A stretch of 47,052 bases of DNA from an uncultured Rhodoferax sp. (GTDB lineage: Bacteria; Pseudomonadota; Gammaproteobacteria; Burkholderiales; Burkholderiaceae_C). The notes beneath the pieces were generated by a model. That model was not told where the DNA came from, searched no databases, and saw only the letters and a program-made list of their open reading frames with translations. Positions 19,124 to 28,609 of the stretch are shown one piece after another. The stretch's first letter is position 1. Each line of letters opens with the position of its first letter. The stretch is from contig CAZZLB010000001.1 of the NCBI GenBank assembly GCA_964654655.1, positions 1-47,052 on the forward strand. Direction: 5' to 3'. A program made the translations under genes and the position numbers.

Positions 19124-19942
19124 ATGACCACGTGCAAGTTGCGCTTTCCCCAATTTCTGATGATCGTCATGCTCGGGCTGTCCGGTCTGTATCTGGAGGT
19201 GCTGGCACAGGCCGCTCCTGACTATCCACTGGGAACGGGTGATGCAATCCGGATTCAGGTGTTTCAAAATCCGGATCTGACGATCGAAACACGCGTTTCG
19301 GAAAACGGTTCGATTACCTATCCGCTGGTCGGCGCCCTGGATATCGGTGGCATGTCGATTGCGGTCGCCGAGAAGAAGATTGCCGATGCGTTGCAATCCG
19401 GCGGCTTCATTCAAAAGCCGCAGGTCAACATCGTGTTGCTGCAAATTCGCGGCAATCAGGTTTCGGTATTGGGACAAGTCAACCGACCTGGCCGTTTTCC
19501 GCTGGAAACGGCCAATACCCGCCTGAGTGACATGTTGGCGAATGCTGGCGGTTCGACGGTCAACGGTGACGACACCGCGATCGTCGTGGGCACACGCGAT
19601 GGCAAGCTGTTCCGCAAGAAGATTGACGTCCCTTCCATCTTCCTGGACGACAAGTTACAGGACAACATCGTGCTGCAGGGCGGTGACAGCATCTATGTGC
19701 ATCGGGCAGCGGTTTTTTATATCTACGGAGAGGCTCAGCGACCTGGTGCCTACCGCGTCGAGCGTGACATGACCGTCATGCAGGCGTTAGCGCAAGGGGG
19801 CGGACCGACTGCTCGTGGCAGCGAAAGGCGCCTGCGCCTGCATCGCAAGGGGACGGATGGAAGTGTCCAGCTGATCGAACCGCTGATGACCGACATGGTG
19901 CTGCCCAACGATGTCATCTATGTCAAAGAGAGCATATTTTGA
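19124..19942 (+). CDS. epsE: Polysaccharide export protein EpsE (Wza/OPX-like)
   Basis: YPLGTGDAIRIQVFQNPDL, GSITYPLVG, VSVLGQVNRPGRFP, SLBB repeats, DVIYVKESIF. Confidence 0.92.
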   Translation: MTTCKLRFPQFLMIVMLGLSGLYLEVLAQAAPDYPLGTGDAIRIQVFQNPDLTIETRVSENGSITYPLVGALDIGGMSIAVAEKKIADALQSGGFIQKPQVNIVLLQIRGNQVSVLGQVNRPGRFPLETANTRLSDMLANAGGSTVNGDDTAIVVGTRDGKLFRKKIDVPSIFLDDKLQDNIVLQGGDSIYVHRAAVFYIYGEAQRPGAYRVERDMTVMQALAQGGGPTARGSERRLRLHRKGTDGSVQLIEPLMTDMVLPNDVIYVKESIF

Positions 19943-21315
19943 CGATTCAGCAATTTCTCCTGATCCTGCGTGCCCGCTACCGTGTGGGTCTTCTTGCACT
20001 GGCATTGACGGTTCTGACAACCCTGATCGTCAGCCTGTTGCTGCCCAAGCAATATACCGCCAGTGCCGCCATGCTGGTCGACGTGAAGTCACCTGACGCT
20101 GTCAGTGGCATGCTGCTGCAAGGCATGATGGCACCGGGCTATATGGCAACCCAGATCGATATCATCAATAGTGATCGTGTGGCAAAAGATGTTGTCAAGG
20201 TCCTGCGCATGGAGAGCAGCGCTGCTATCCAGCAGCAATGGCGGACGGCGACCAAAGGCAAGGGTCAGCTGATCGACTGGCTCGCCAATTTGCTCCAAAA
20301 GAATCTGGACGTCAAGCCGTCGCGCGAGAGCAATGTCATCAACATCAATTACACCGGAACCGACCCCGACTTTGCGGCTGCGGTAGCCAATGCCTACGCG
20401 CAGGCCTACATGAATGTCAATCTGGAGCTGCGACTAGCCCCGGCTCGCCAGTACGCCACTTTTTTTGAAGCTCAAACCAGGGCGGCACGAGACAAACTGG
20501 AAAAAGCGCAGCAGGCCCTGTCTGATTATCAGCAAGCAAACGGCATTACTTCGACGGATGAGAGGCTTGATTTTGAAACTGCAAAACTCAATGAGACCTC
20601 CAGTCAGCTTACCGGCATACAGGGCCAAACCACTGACAGTCAAAGCAAGCGCCAGAACTCGAAGACAGACACCTTGGCGGAGGTCATGCAAAGCCCGCTT
20701 ATCAATGGGTTGAAGGCAGACATTGCTCGACTTGAAGCCAAGCTGACAGAAAGCAGTATCAATCTGGGCAAGAATCACCCGCAGACCCAGCGCACAGAGG
20801 CCGAACTGAGCAGCCTCAGAACCCAGCTGGAAACCGAAACCCGCAAGATCGCAAGCTCCATCGAAACCACCTATCTGATCAGCAAACAACGCGAACAGCA
20901 ATTGCAGAGCGCGCTGGGTGCGCAGAAGGCACGGGTGTTGGTGCTGAACCAGCAACGCAACGAGCTTAACGTGTTGCGTCGAGATATTGAATCAGCGCAG
21001 CGCGCCTTCGAATTGGTGAGTCAGCGCGCCTCACAAACCAACATCGAGAGTCAGACCAACCAGACTAACATTGGCGTCCTTAACCCAGCCTCGGTACCCC
21101 TTGAACCATCCAAGCCCCGCGTCTTCCTCAATGTATTGGTTTCCCTGTTTTTGGGGACACTGCTTGGGATAGGACTGGCCCTCATGCTGGAGTTGGCGAA
21201 CCGACGCGTCCGCTCAGCGCAGGACTTGGCCGACGCACTGGATCTGCCGGTTCTTGGCACCATCGCTTCCGCAATCACCCAGCGCAAGTTCTGGCGCATC
21301 GGAGCGCGCGCATGA
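19939..21315 (+). CDS. epsF: Chain-length determinant EpsF (polysaccharide co-polymerase)
   Basis: TTG start overlapping the epsE stop. Two TMs flank a coiled coil. LPKQYTASA, YMATQIDII, KPSRESNVI, LGKNHP, PSKP. Confidence 0.9.
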   Translation: MTIQQFLLILRARYRVGLLALALTVLTTLIVSLLLPKQYTASAAMLVDVKSPDAVSGMLLQGMMAPGYMATQIDIINSDRVAKDVVKVLRMESSAAIQQQWRTATKGKGQLIDWLANLLQKNLDVKPSRESNVININYTGTDPDFAAAVANAYAQAYMNVNLELRLAPARQYATFFEAQTRAARDKLEKAQQALSDYQQANGITSTDERLDFETAKLNETSSQLTGIQGQTTDSQSKRQNSKTDTLAEVMQSPLINGLKADIARLEAKLTESSINLGKNHPQTQRTEAELSSLRTQLETETRKIASSIETTYLISKQREQQLQSALGAQKARVLVLNQQRNELNVLRRDIESAQRAFELVSQRASQTNIESQTNQTNIGVLNPASVPLEPSKPRVFLNVLVSLFLGTLLGIGLALMLELANRRVRSAQDLADALDLPVLGTIASAITQRKFWRIGARA

Positions 21316-22178
21316 ACACTGCAATCCCCGCCAACGCCGCGCGCTCCATTGGCACTATTCTGATTGAGTCTGGTCGCCTGAGTGGCGCCGACGCCAACCG
21401 TATCGCTGAGTATCAGCAGCAGCATGGACTCCAATTTGGTGACGCGGCAATTGCGCTTCGCCTGCTCACAAAAGAAGACATCGACTATGCACTGGCCAAG
21501 CAGTTTGACTATGCGTACCTGAACAATCAGGACAGCAGCCTCAGCTCTCGCCTGGTAGCAGCCTATAAGCCCTTTAGCAAAATTGGAGAAAGTCTGCGCG
21601 CCGTGCGCAGCCAGTTGATGTTACGCTGGTTTAACACCGAGGCCACCCACAAGGTTATCGCTGTGGTCAGTGCCGGCAAAGGCGAAGGCCGCAGCTTTAT
21701 TGCCGCCAACCTGGCAATCGTGTTCGCCCAGCAGGGCCAACGCACGTTGCTACTGGACGCTGACCTGCGCGCGTCACCCGCTGAAGGACAGCATTCCCTG
21801 TTCAAACTGGGTAAGAGTACCGGCTTGTCTGGCATCCTCGCTGATCGAGCTGGACTGGAGGTAGCTCTGCCCGTACCCGGTTTGCCGGGCCTGACTGTGC
21901 TGCCGGTCGGCGCTGTACCGCCCAACCCACAAGAGCTGCTGGGTCGCCCGGAATTCGGACAGTTGCTGGCCAAGGTCTCGCAACAGTTTGATGTGATCAT
22001 TATCGACACCCCGGCCGGCGACGACTATGCTGATGCAGAAATCATCGCCGCCCGCTCCGGTGCGGCGCTTATGGTGGCGCGAAAGAATCAAAGCTTGATG
22101 CCCAGCGTGGCGCTGCTCGCACGGCGTCTGCAAGCTGGAGGTGTAACACTGGTCGGTTCAGTGCTGAATGATGGTTAG
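21312..22178 (+). CDS. epsG: EpsG chain-length determinant / tyrosine-kinase-like ATPase
   Basis: ESLRAVRSQLMLRWF, GEGRS (Walker A variant), LLLDADLR, PPNPQELL, VIIIDTP. Confidence 0.9.
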   Translation: MNTAIPANAARSIGTILIESGRLSGADANRIAEYQQQHGLQFGDAAIALRLLTKEDIDYALAKQFDYAYLNNQDSSLSSRLVAAYKPFSKIGESLRAVRSQLMLRWFNTEATHKVIAVVSAGKGEGRSFIAANLAIVFAQQGQRTLLLDADLRASPAEGQHSLFKLGKSTGLSGILADRAGLEVALPVPGLPGLTVLPVGAVPPNPQELLGRPEFGQLLAKVSQQFDVIIIDTPAGDDYADAEIIAARSGAALMVARKNQSLMPSVALLARRLQAGGVTLVGSVLNDG

Positions 22179-23094
22179 GCCCCCGTCATTGCACCCCACT
22201 CAAGACCCCGTCATTGCGAGCGCAGCGCGGCAATCCATCTCCGCCACGCTCCTCCCCTGGCTCCCCATCCTCCTGGGTCTGGCTGTCTTGTATTTGCCGA
22301 GCCTGTACGACCTCTTCAGCGGCATCTGGAGCCAGGACGAGCAAATGCACGGCCCCATCGTGCTGGGTATCAGTGTCTGGCTGCTCTACCGTAACTGGGG
22401 CGCGATGGAAAATGCGGCATCGGGCCAGAGAGCCAACAACTGGGGTTGGCCCCTGTTTGTCTTTGGCCTTGTGCTCTATACGCTGGGCCGTTCGCAGGAA
22501 ATTCTGTTGTTTGAAATTGGGTCTGCGATCTGGCTTCTGGTCGGCTTGTTGCTGATACAACGCGGGACAGCGGCCCTCAAGGCTCAGTGGTTTGCACTAT
22601 TTTTCATGCTGTTCATGGTGCCCTTACCGGGTGCAGTCGTGGATACGGTAACCATGCCCATGAAAATGGCAGTGTCGTATGTGGCTGAACACGTGCTGTA
22701 TTGGGCAGGTTATCCGATTGGCCGCAATGGCGTGATTCTGCAGATCGGCCAATACATGCTGCTGGTAGCCGACGCCTGCGCCGGTCTGCACACGCTGTTG
22801 ACGCTGGAGGCTCTGGGTCTGTTGTACCTGAACATTGTGCGCCGCGACTCATTCTTCAGAAACGTTGGCCTCGCTGTCTTGATCATACCTATTTCATTCA
22901 CCGCCAACGTGATTCGCGTGATGATATTGAGCCTGATCACCTACCATTTTGGTGACGCTGCAGGACAAGGTTTCCTGCACGGCTTTGCAGGTATTGTTCT
23001 TTTCTTGAGCGCGCTGCTTCTCATCATTGGATTTGACTCAGCCCTGCAGGCCTTTGAGGCCTATCGCCATCGGCGCAAGCCGGATTTGCAGTAA
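22168..23094 (+). CDS. xrtB: Exosortase B (EpsH)
   Basis: Multi-TM protein with W..DEQMHGP and the catalytic triad motifs VADACAGL (Cys), NVIRV (Arg) and FLHG (His). Confidence 0.93.
   Translation: MMVRPPSLHPTQDPVIASAARQSISATLLPWLPILLGLAVLYLPSLYDLFSGIWSQDEQMHGPIVLGISVWLLYRNWGAMENAASGQRANNWGWPLFVFGLVLYTLGRSQEILLFEIGSAIWLLVGLLLIQRGTAALKAQWFALFFMLFMVPLPGAVVDTVTMPMKMAVSYVAEHVLYWAGYPIGRNGVILQIGQYMLLVADACAGLHTLLTLEALGLLYLNIVRRDSFFRNVGLAVLIIPISFTANVIRVMILSLITYHFGDAAGQGFLHGFAGIVLFLSALLLIIGFDSALQAFEAYRHRRKPDLQ
22181..22238. repeat. Direct repeat CCCCGTCATTGC (22181-22192, 22206-22217) plus a REP/RPE-like palindromic half element GTCATTGCGAGCGCAGCGCGGCAATCC inside the xrtB 5' end
   Basis: The 12-bp exact direct repeat is seen directly. 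ATTGC(22213-17)...GCAAT(22230-34) forms a stem. It resembles the GTCATTGCGAG...GCAATCC short interspersed repeats of proteobacteria (from recall, not searched). Confidence 0.6.
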
Positions 23095-23106
23095 GCGCCT
23101 GCTCCA

Positions 23107-23802
23107 ATGGAATCCCGTCACAAACGCATATTGCTGATGGTCTTCATGCTGGCGTCTGCCGGATTGGCGTTGGTCATCAAGCCGACTCACCGTCTGGCCG
23201 ATGAAAAACGACCGATCTTTCTTGAGAGAATTGTCCCTGTCACTTTCGGAGATTGGCGCGAGATCAAACAGAGCTGGCAGCAAATAGTCAATCCCCAGGA
23301 ACAGCGGATGTTGAATGAGCTTTACAGTCAGACACTGTCAAAGACCTTCATCAACGCGGCGGGATACCGCGTCATGCTGTCTATCGCTTATGGTGGTGAT
23401 CAATCGCGCGATCTGGGTGTTCACCGACCTGAGGTCTGCTATGTTGCGCAGGGATTTCAACTCGCAAGCAAGGAGAAGGTATTGCTACAGATCGGCGATA
23501 GGATGGTCCCCGCCATGCGCATGCAGACGCGCATGGGTTCGCGCAATGAGCCCGTAACCTATTGGATTCGTGTTGGAGACAAAGTTGTGCGCGGCAATCT
23601 CGAGCTCGGTTTTGCGCGGCTGTTTTATGGCGTGCAGGGGAAAATTGCAGATGGTTTGCTGTTTCGCGTGTCCAGTATCGATGCGAATGCGACTTCCGCA
23701 TTCGGCGTGCAAGAAAAGTTTGCCAGCGAGTTGATGGCAGCCGTCATGGAAGTCGACAAACCTTCATTGCTGGGTACTGCACAGATTCCCGCCACACGAT
23801 GA
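23107..23802 (+). CDS. epsI: Exosortase-associated protein EpsI (B-type)
   Basis: LERIVPVTFGDW, LYSQTLSKT, VMLSIAYGGDQ, HRPEVCYVAQGF, EPVTYW, DGLLFRVSSI. Confidence 0.9.
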   Translation: MESRHKRILLMVFMLASAGLALVIKPTHRLADEKRPIFLERIVPVTFGDWREIKQSWQQIVNPQEQRMLNELYSQTLSKTFINAAGYRVMLSIAYGGDQSRDLGVHRPEVCYVAQGFQLASKEKVLLQIGDRMVPAMRMQTRMGSRNEPVTYWIRVGDKVVRGNLELGFARLFYGVQGKIADGLLFRVSSIDANATSAFGVQEKFASELMAAVMEVDKPSLLGTAQIPATR

Positions 23803-23869
23803 TGCAAGCCACTCTTGTTCCTGCCAGATCGGGTGCGATCCAGACGCATGATTCCGTCGAAGGCATCGC

Positions 23870-25198
23870 ATGAAGATTGGCGTGCGTGAGGTCGCAACAA
23901 GCAGCGTGGTCTTGCTACTGGAAAACCTGGTTCGGTTGACGATGATCGCCGCGGTTTCGTTCTGGATCGCGCGACAGTTGGGACCAGACCAGTTCGGCAT
24001 CTTGAATTTCGCATCTGCCTTCATGGCCATCCTGCTGTCCTTGGCCACGCTCGGTATGGAAACACCACTCATCCTGCGCCTGACTCAGACGCCACAGCCT
24101 GGCATGCTGATGGGTACCTCTCTGCTCATCCGCAGCGTTTTCAGTGTCGTCATCTTTGGTTTGGCGGTGGTCCTTGCATTCCTGATCAAGGGCGATGATG
24201 CCCTGTCATTGAAAGTGACGCTGGTTGTTGGCCTGTGCGTCGTCGGCTACATCCCCAGCGTGCTCGATTGCTGGTTCAAAGCAAAGACCACCGCAGTCGA
24301 GCCAGCGCTGGCGCGCACCGCGGCAACATTGCTCAGTACCTGTGCCAAGGTTGTCTGCCTGCTGATGGGTCTGAGCGTGGTGGCACTGGCTTGGACGGTG
24401 GTGCTCGAATCCATACTGACAGCTTTGGGCCTCGTTCTGGCGTACCGCTGGTGCGCCAGAGGGTCAAGAGAACACGCACTCTCGCTGGATCCACAAATGA
24501 TCGGGCCACTCCTGCGTGAAAGCGCCCCCTATCTGTGGAGCACGGTTGCAACACTGCTGCTTATGAAAGTGGATGTTGTCATGCTGGGATATTTGTCGAC
24601 CAATGCAGAGACAGGCATCTACAGCCTGGCGCAGAAACTTTCAGAGGTGCTCTATGTGGTTCCGGTCGTGCTCATCGATTCGGCGTACCCGGCTCTGGCG
24701 AAGCGCTTTCTTGATTCCAACGGAACCGATTCCAAGCATGGTCAGATGCTTTTCGATCTGGCAGTCGGCGGGTCGCTGATAGCCACGCTGATCGCTTCAG
24801 CAATCGCCGCCCCCGCCATCAATGTTGTTTTCGGTGAACACTACAAGGCCTCAGTCGACATTTTTTACTTGCATGCCTGGAGTTGTGTGGCCATTGCCAT
24901 GAATACCGCTCGCCATCGTTGGTTGGCTGCCGTCGCGATGCAACGGTACGCACCCACCGTTACTGCGATGGGTCTCGCCGTCAACGTCGCGATGAATGTG
25001 GCCCTGATCCCAAGCATGGGTGCCATGGGCGCGGCAATTGCCACCGTGGTGTCGTATTTTCTTGCCGGTTACCTGACATCACTGTGGTTCGCTCCACTAC
25101 GCGAAATTGGCCTGATGCAGACCCGCGCCCTGTGGCCATGGGGCCGCCTCTACACCGGGATGCAGGTCTGGAGAGTACGATTGCCGAAGGAAGAATGA
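23870..25198 (+). CDS. wzx: Wzx-type oligosaccharide flippase
   Basis: About 12 TMs, ARQLGPDQFG, KVDVVMLG, TGIYSLA, LIPSMGAMGAAIAT. Confidence 0.88.
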   Translation: MKIGVREVATSSVVLLLENLVRLTMIAAVSFWIARQLGPDQFGILNFASAFMAILLSLATLGMETPLILRLTQTPQPGMLMGTSLLIRSVFSVVIFGLAVVLAFLIKGDDALSLKVTLVVGLCVVGYIPSVLDCWFKAKTTAVEPALARTAATLLSTCAKVVCLLMGLSVVALAWTVVLESILTALGLVLAYRWCARGSREHALSLDPQMIGPLLRESAPYLWSTVATLLLMKVDVVMLGYLSTNAETGIYSLAQKLSEVLYVVPVVLIDSAYPALAKRFLDSNGTDSKHGQMLFDLAVGGSLIATLIASAIAAPAINVVFGEHYKASVDIFYLHAWSCVAIAMNTARHRWLAAVAMQRYAPTVTAMGLAVNVAMNVALIPSMGAMGAAIATVVSYFLAGYLTSLWFAPLREIGLMQTRALWPWGRLYTGMQVWRVRLPKEE

Positions 25199-26094
25199 CC
25201 AACGTGGCGGACATCTGCTTTTCCATCGCGACACCGACACGCAATTCGCTGGACAAATTGAAGCGATGCGTCGGGTCAGTGCGCGGGCAAATTGGCGTGA
25301 CACTGGAGCACTTGGTGCAGGACGCTCAGTCCACGGACGGGACACCAGCCTGGTTAAACATGCAATCTGGTTTGATGGCCGTGAGCGAGGGTGACGCGGG
25401 CATGTACGATGCCATCAATCGCGGCTGGGCCCGCTCCGGGGGCAAGTTTCTTTCATGGTTGAATTCAGATGAACAATATCTGCCGGGCACACTGGCCAAA
25501 GTGCAGGCATTTTTCGATGCCCACCCTGAGGTCGATGTGGTGTTTGGCGACTACATCGTCGCCGACCTGCAGGGTCGACCTGTCGCGCTGCGCCGCGAGA
25601 TTCCATTCCGTCGTGTCTATGCCATAAACAGTTTCATCAACACCGCCTCCTGTACGCTCTTTTTTCGTCGCAGCTTGCACGATCAGGGTCTGCTCAAGCT
25701 CGATAGCAGTTACCGCTATTGCGCCGACATGGATTTGATATTGCGCCTGTCAGCAGCCGGCAAGATAATAAGGCGCTTGCCAGAGTACCTGGCCATATTT
25801 GGCATTGATGGCACCAACCTCAGTACGCATCCACAGATGGCAATGGAAATGGAGACCATTGGCCGGTTGAATGGTGCCTTCCGCAGTCGAGCGGTTCGCC
25901 ATTTCGTTCTGGCCGGGCGGCGCATCGAACGCCTGATGAGCGGCGGCTATCGTCCACAAAATATTCGCTACCGTTACGCAGTCGACGAAACACCACACTA
26001 CATCGAATGTGGCGCGGTCAATCTGGGCGGGCGTTATGGCTTGGATGACCATGACGGTCGTTCCGATTCTGTGCACTCCACGCGGCAGCCGTGA
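25195..26094 (+). CDS. Glycosyltransferase family 2 (WcaE-like, non-processive)
   Basis: FSIATPT, QDAQSTDGT, DAGMYDAINRG, WLNSDE, DMDL. Start at ATG 25195 overlapping the wzx stop. Confidence 0.88.
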   Translation: MTNVADICFSIATPTRNSLDKLKRCVGSVRGQIGVTLEHLVQDAQSTDGTPAWLNMQSGLMAVSEGDAGMYDAINRGWARSGGKFLSWLNSDEQYLPGTLAKVQAFFDAHPEVDVVFGDYIVADLQGRPVALRREIPFRRVYAINSFINTASCTLFFRRSLHDQGLLKLDSSYRYCADMDLILRLSAAGKIIRRLPEYLAIFGIDGTNLSTHPQMAMEMETIGRLNGAFRSRAVRHFVLAGRRIERLMSGGYRPQNIRYRYAVDETPHYIECGAVNLGGRYGLDDHDGRSDSVHSTRQP

Positions 26095-27287
26095 ATACGC
26101 GACATTTGACACTTGAAGGCAAGTTGATCGCCTTTTTTCATCAGTCCTCGGATCTCTATGGTTCCGACCGCATCCTGCTTGATCTGGTAGAGGCGGTGCG
26201 AGAGGCCGGCGGTGAAGCCGTCGTGCTGCTCCCCGGCACAGGGCCACTGACTGACGAATTTGCCGCGCGTCACATCGAATTTCACACGCTGCCAGTGCTC
26301 AAGTTGTCTCGCGCACGGCTAAGTCTCGGCGGGATCTTCAGATTGGCGTGGGAAATGATGAGTGCTTTGCCAACCTGCAAGCGGATTTTCGGCAACCGAC
26401 GGGTGGCGATGGTGCACTCCAATACCATCGCCGTGCTTGGTGGAGCATTGTGGGCCCTGTCCAAAGGTGTCCCGCACCTTTGGCACGTGCACGAAATCGT
26501 CGCACATCCAAGAATCGCGGCCTGGGCTTTGCCGCGACTCGTTAACGCCATGTCTGATCGTGTCGTGTGCACATCCAACGCGACGAGCCAATGGATGCTG
26601 GACATGCAACCGTCCCTCGCCAGAAAGACAGAGGTGATCTGGAACGGCGTACACACGCCCACTTTGTGTGATGCCTCGGCGATAGCGCAACTGCGCGACA
26701 GATTTCTTCCTGCTGGTGCCCGCATTGCTATCGGGTTGGTGGGGCGCATCAATCGACTGAAGGGCCACAAGCTGCTGATGGATGCGGTGGACCAACTGCA
26801 CGAGCGGGGCTTCAAGGACTTTTCTGTTGTATTTATCGGCAGTGCCCCACCTGGACAGGACATTTACCTGACTCAATTGGAGCAACGGGTAGCGAATTCA
26901 CCCATGCGCGAGCGCATCGTGATGCAAGGTTTCACGACCAAGGTCTGGCCAGCATACGCTGCGCTCGATATTGTCTGCGTACCGTCGACAGAACCCGAGT
27001 CTTTTGGCATGGTCGCAGCAGAAGCGATGGCCATGGGCAAGCCTGTGGTGGCCTCCCGTTTGGGTGCCCTGACCGAGGTAGTGGTCAACGGTTCTACAGG
27101 ATTGACGTTCCAGGCACGGAATGCTGAAGCACTTGCCGCAGCACTGGCCGAACTGTTAAGTGACGATGCCTTACGTGAGCGCATGGGAGTCGCCGGGCAG
27201 GCGCGAGTCAACGAAGAACTTTCGGTTGAACGAATGACCAGGCGCTTCCAGAATACCTATGCAGAAATGACAAAGCAGCAAGAATGA
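26091..27287 (+). CDS. Glycosyltransferase family 4
   Basis: LYGSDR, VHSNT, WHVHE, VGRINRLKG, PSTEPESFGMVAAEAMAMGKPVV (ExxxxxxxE). Confidence 0.92.
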   Translation: MNTRHLTLEGKLIAFFHQSSDLYGSDRILLDLVEAVREAGGEAVVLLPGTGPLTDEFAARHIEFHTLPVLKLSRARLSLGGIFRLAWEMMSALPTCKRIFGNRRVAMVHSNTIAVLGGALWALSKGVPHLWHVHEIVAHPRIAAWALPRLVNAMSDRVVCTSNATSQWMLDMQPSLARKTEVIWNGVHTPTLCDASAIAQLRDRFLPAGARIAIGLVGRINRLKGHKLLMDAVDQLHERGFKDFSVVFIGSAPPGQDIYLTQLEQRVANSPMRERIVMQGFTTKVWPAYAALDIVCVPSTEPESFGMVAAEAMAMGKPVVASRLGALTEVVVNGSTGLTFQARNAEALAAALAELLSDDALRERMGVAGQARVNEELSVERMTRRFQNTYAEMTKQQE

Positions 27288-28609
27288 AACGGCATCTGCA
27301 GACAGTCCCGATTGCCCGCGCCAACGCGGCAGTGGCCAGGCAACTGCCTGCCTGGCCTGCTGCCTCCATTATTCTTCTGCTTGTACTTGCCGTGATATTT
27401 CCGCCTGGACTGCTGACCGGCATGAACTTGTATTTGTTGCTGCTGGCACTGATCGTATGGTTCTTTTCAGGCGAAAGGTTTGACGCGAACCTGCTGCGAG
27501 CGATTGCGCCCTTCGGCCTGATTCTTGTGCTGGGTCTTGTCGCTGGTATCGGGTCAGACTGGTATATCTACCTGAAGGACGCTTGGTACCTGTCAAACCC
27601 GGCAGTTATCGTGAGCACCGGTTACGTCCTGTACCGTTGCAAGCCTGACCTGGCTCGTGGACTGAGAGCGTTTGTGGTGGGTGGAACCTTGATTGGATTG
27701 TTCTTCTTAGGCTCCTTTGCTCTTCGTCCAGACCTGATTTTTCAGTCCGCCGTAAAAATCCGGGAAACGATTGGTACCGGGTATTACGCACCTGCCCTGG
27801 CATTCACCATCCTTTGTGCCTTTTTCAACAAATGGCCGCAAGGCCTTGCCCTTCCAAAGGGACTTGCGATCTTTTGCCTCGCGATTTGCACATTAGCCAT
27901 AGTATTGTGCTTCTCTCGGACAATGATGATAGTGGCAACCATCGGTGCACTTTCCGCTGCCGGCATTTTGGCCCGCCGTGAATGGCCTCGAATCTTTCTG
28001 ATTGCTGTGCTCGGATTGCTGCTGGTTTCTGTCTTGCGCATGACTATTGAAACTGAATCCCGCGAAGTGCAGCACACTTTCATCGGGAAACTGGCACGAT
28101 CGTTGGATGAAATTAGCGTTCAGGATTACACCGATTTCAAGAGCATCAACGAAAACTGGCGTGGCTACGAAACTGCCAGGGCCTTGAAAATGTATTATTC
28201 AGGTTCTCCGATCGAATGGTTGTTCGGACACGGGTTTGGGGCGCAGGTAGATCTTGGTCTGGCAATGCCTTTAGGTGGAGTTCCTGGCGAACAGCAGGAA
28301 TTGAAACGCTTTATTCCAATCCTGCACAATGGCTATGCCTACTTGCTTGTCAAGGGTGGAGCAGTCGCGACATTGCTGTTCGGCTACTTTCTCTATTGGC
28401 TGTACAGCATCAGTGTTCGACCCATTGCCTTTGGAACCGACCAGTCTTGCTCTGCGCCAGCACGTGTACTGCAAGCAGTGGTCTTGACTCTGGCTGTCAC
28501 GACCTGGATTGTGAGCGGGGTATTCAACAAGCTTGATATGTTTCCTTTTATTCTTGCAGCGGGGTTCCTCCTTGCTGCGACAACAAGCTCCCGGACAGAC
28601 CAAGCATGA
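27284..28609 (+). CDS. Putative Wzy polysaccharide polymerase / O-antigen ligase-family membrane protein
   Basis: About 11 TMs, FSRT, NWRGYE, LFGHGFG and LHNGY (Wzy_C-like). Position among GTs in a Wzx cluster. Confidence 0.75.
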   Translation: MKRHLQTVPIARANAAVARQLPAWPAASIILLLVLAVIFPPGLLTGMNLYLLLLALIVWFFSGERFDANLLRAIAPFGLILVLGLVAGIGSDWYIYLKDAWYLSNPAVIVSTGYVLYRCKPDLARGLRAFVVGGTLIGLFFLGSFALRPDLIFQSAVKIRETIGTGYYAPALAFTILCAFFNKWPQGLALPKGLAIFCLAICTLAIVLCFSRTMMIVATIGALSAAGILARREWPRIFLIAVLGLLLVSVLRMTIETESREVQHTFIGKLARSLDEISVQDYTDFKSINENWRGYETARALKMYYSGSPIEWLFGHGFGAQVDLGLAMPLGGVPGEQQELKRFIPILHNGYAYLLVKGGAVATLLFGYFLYWLYSISVRPIAFGTDQSCSAPARVLQAVVLTLAVTTWIVSGVFNKLDMFPFILAAGFLLAATTSSRTDQA

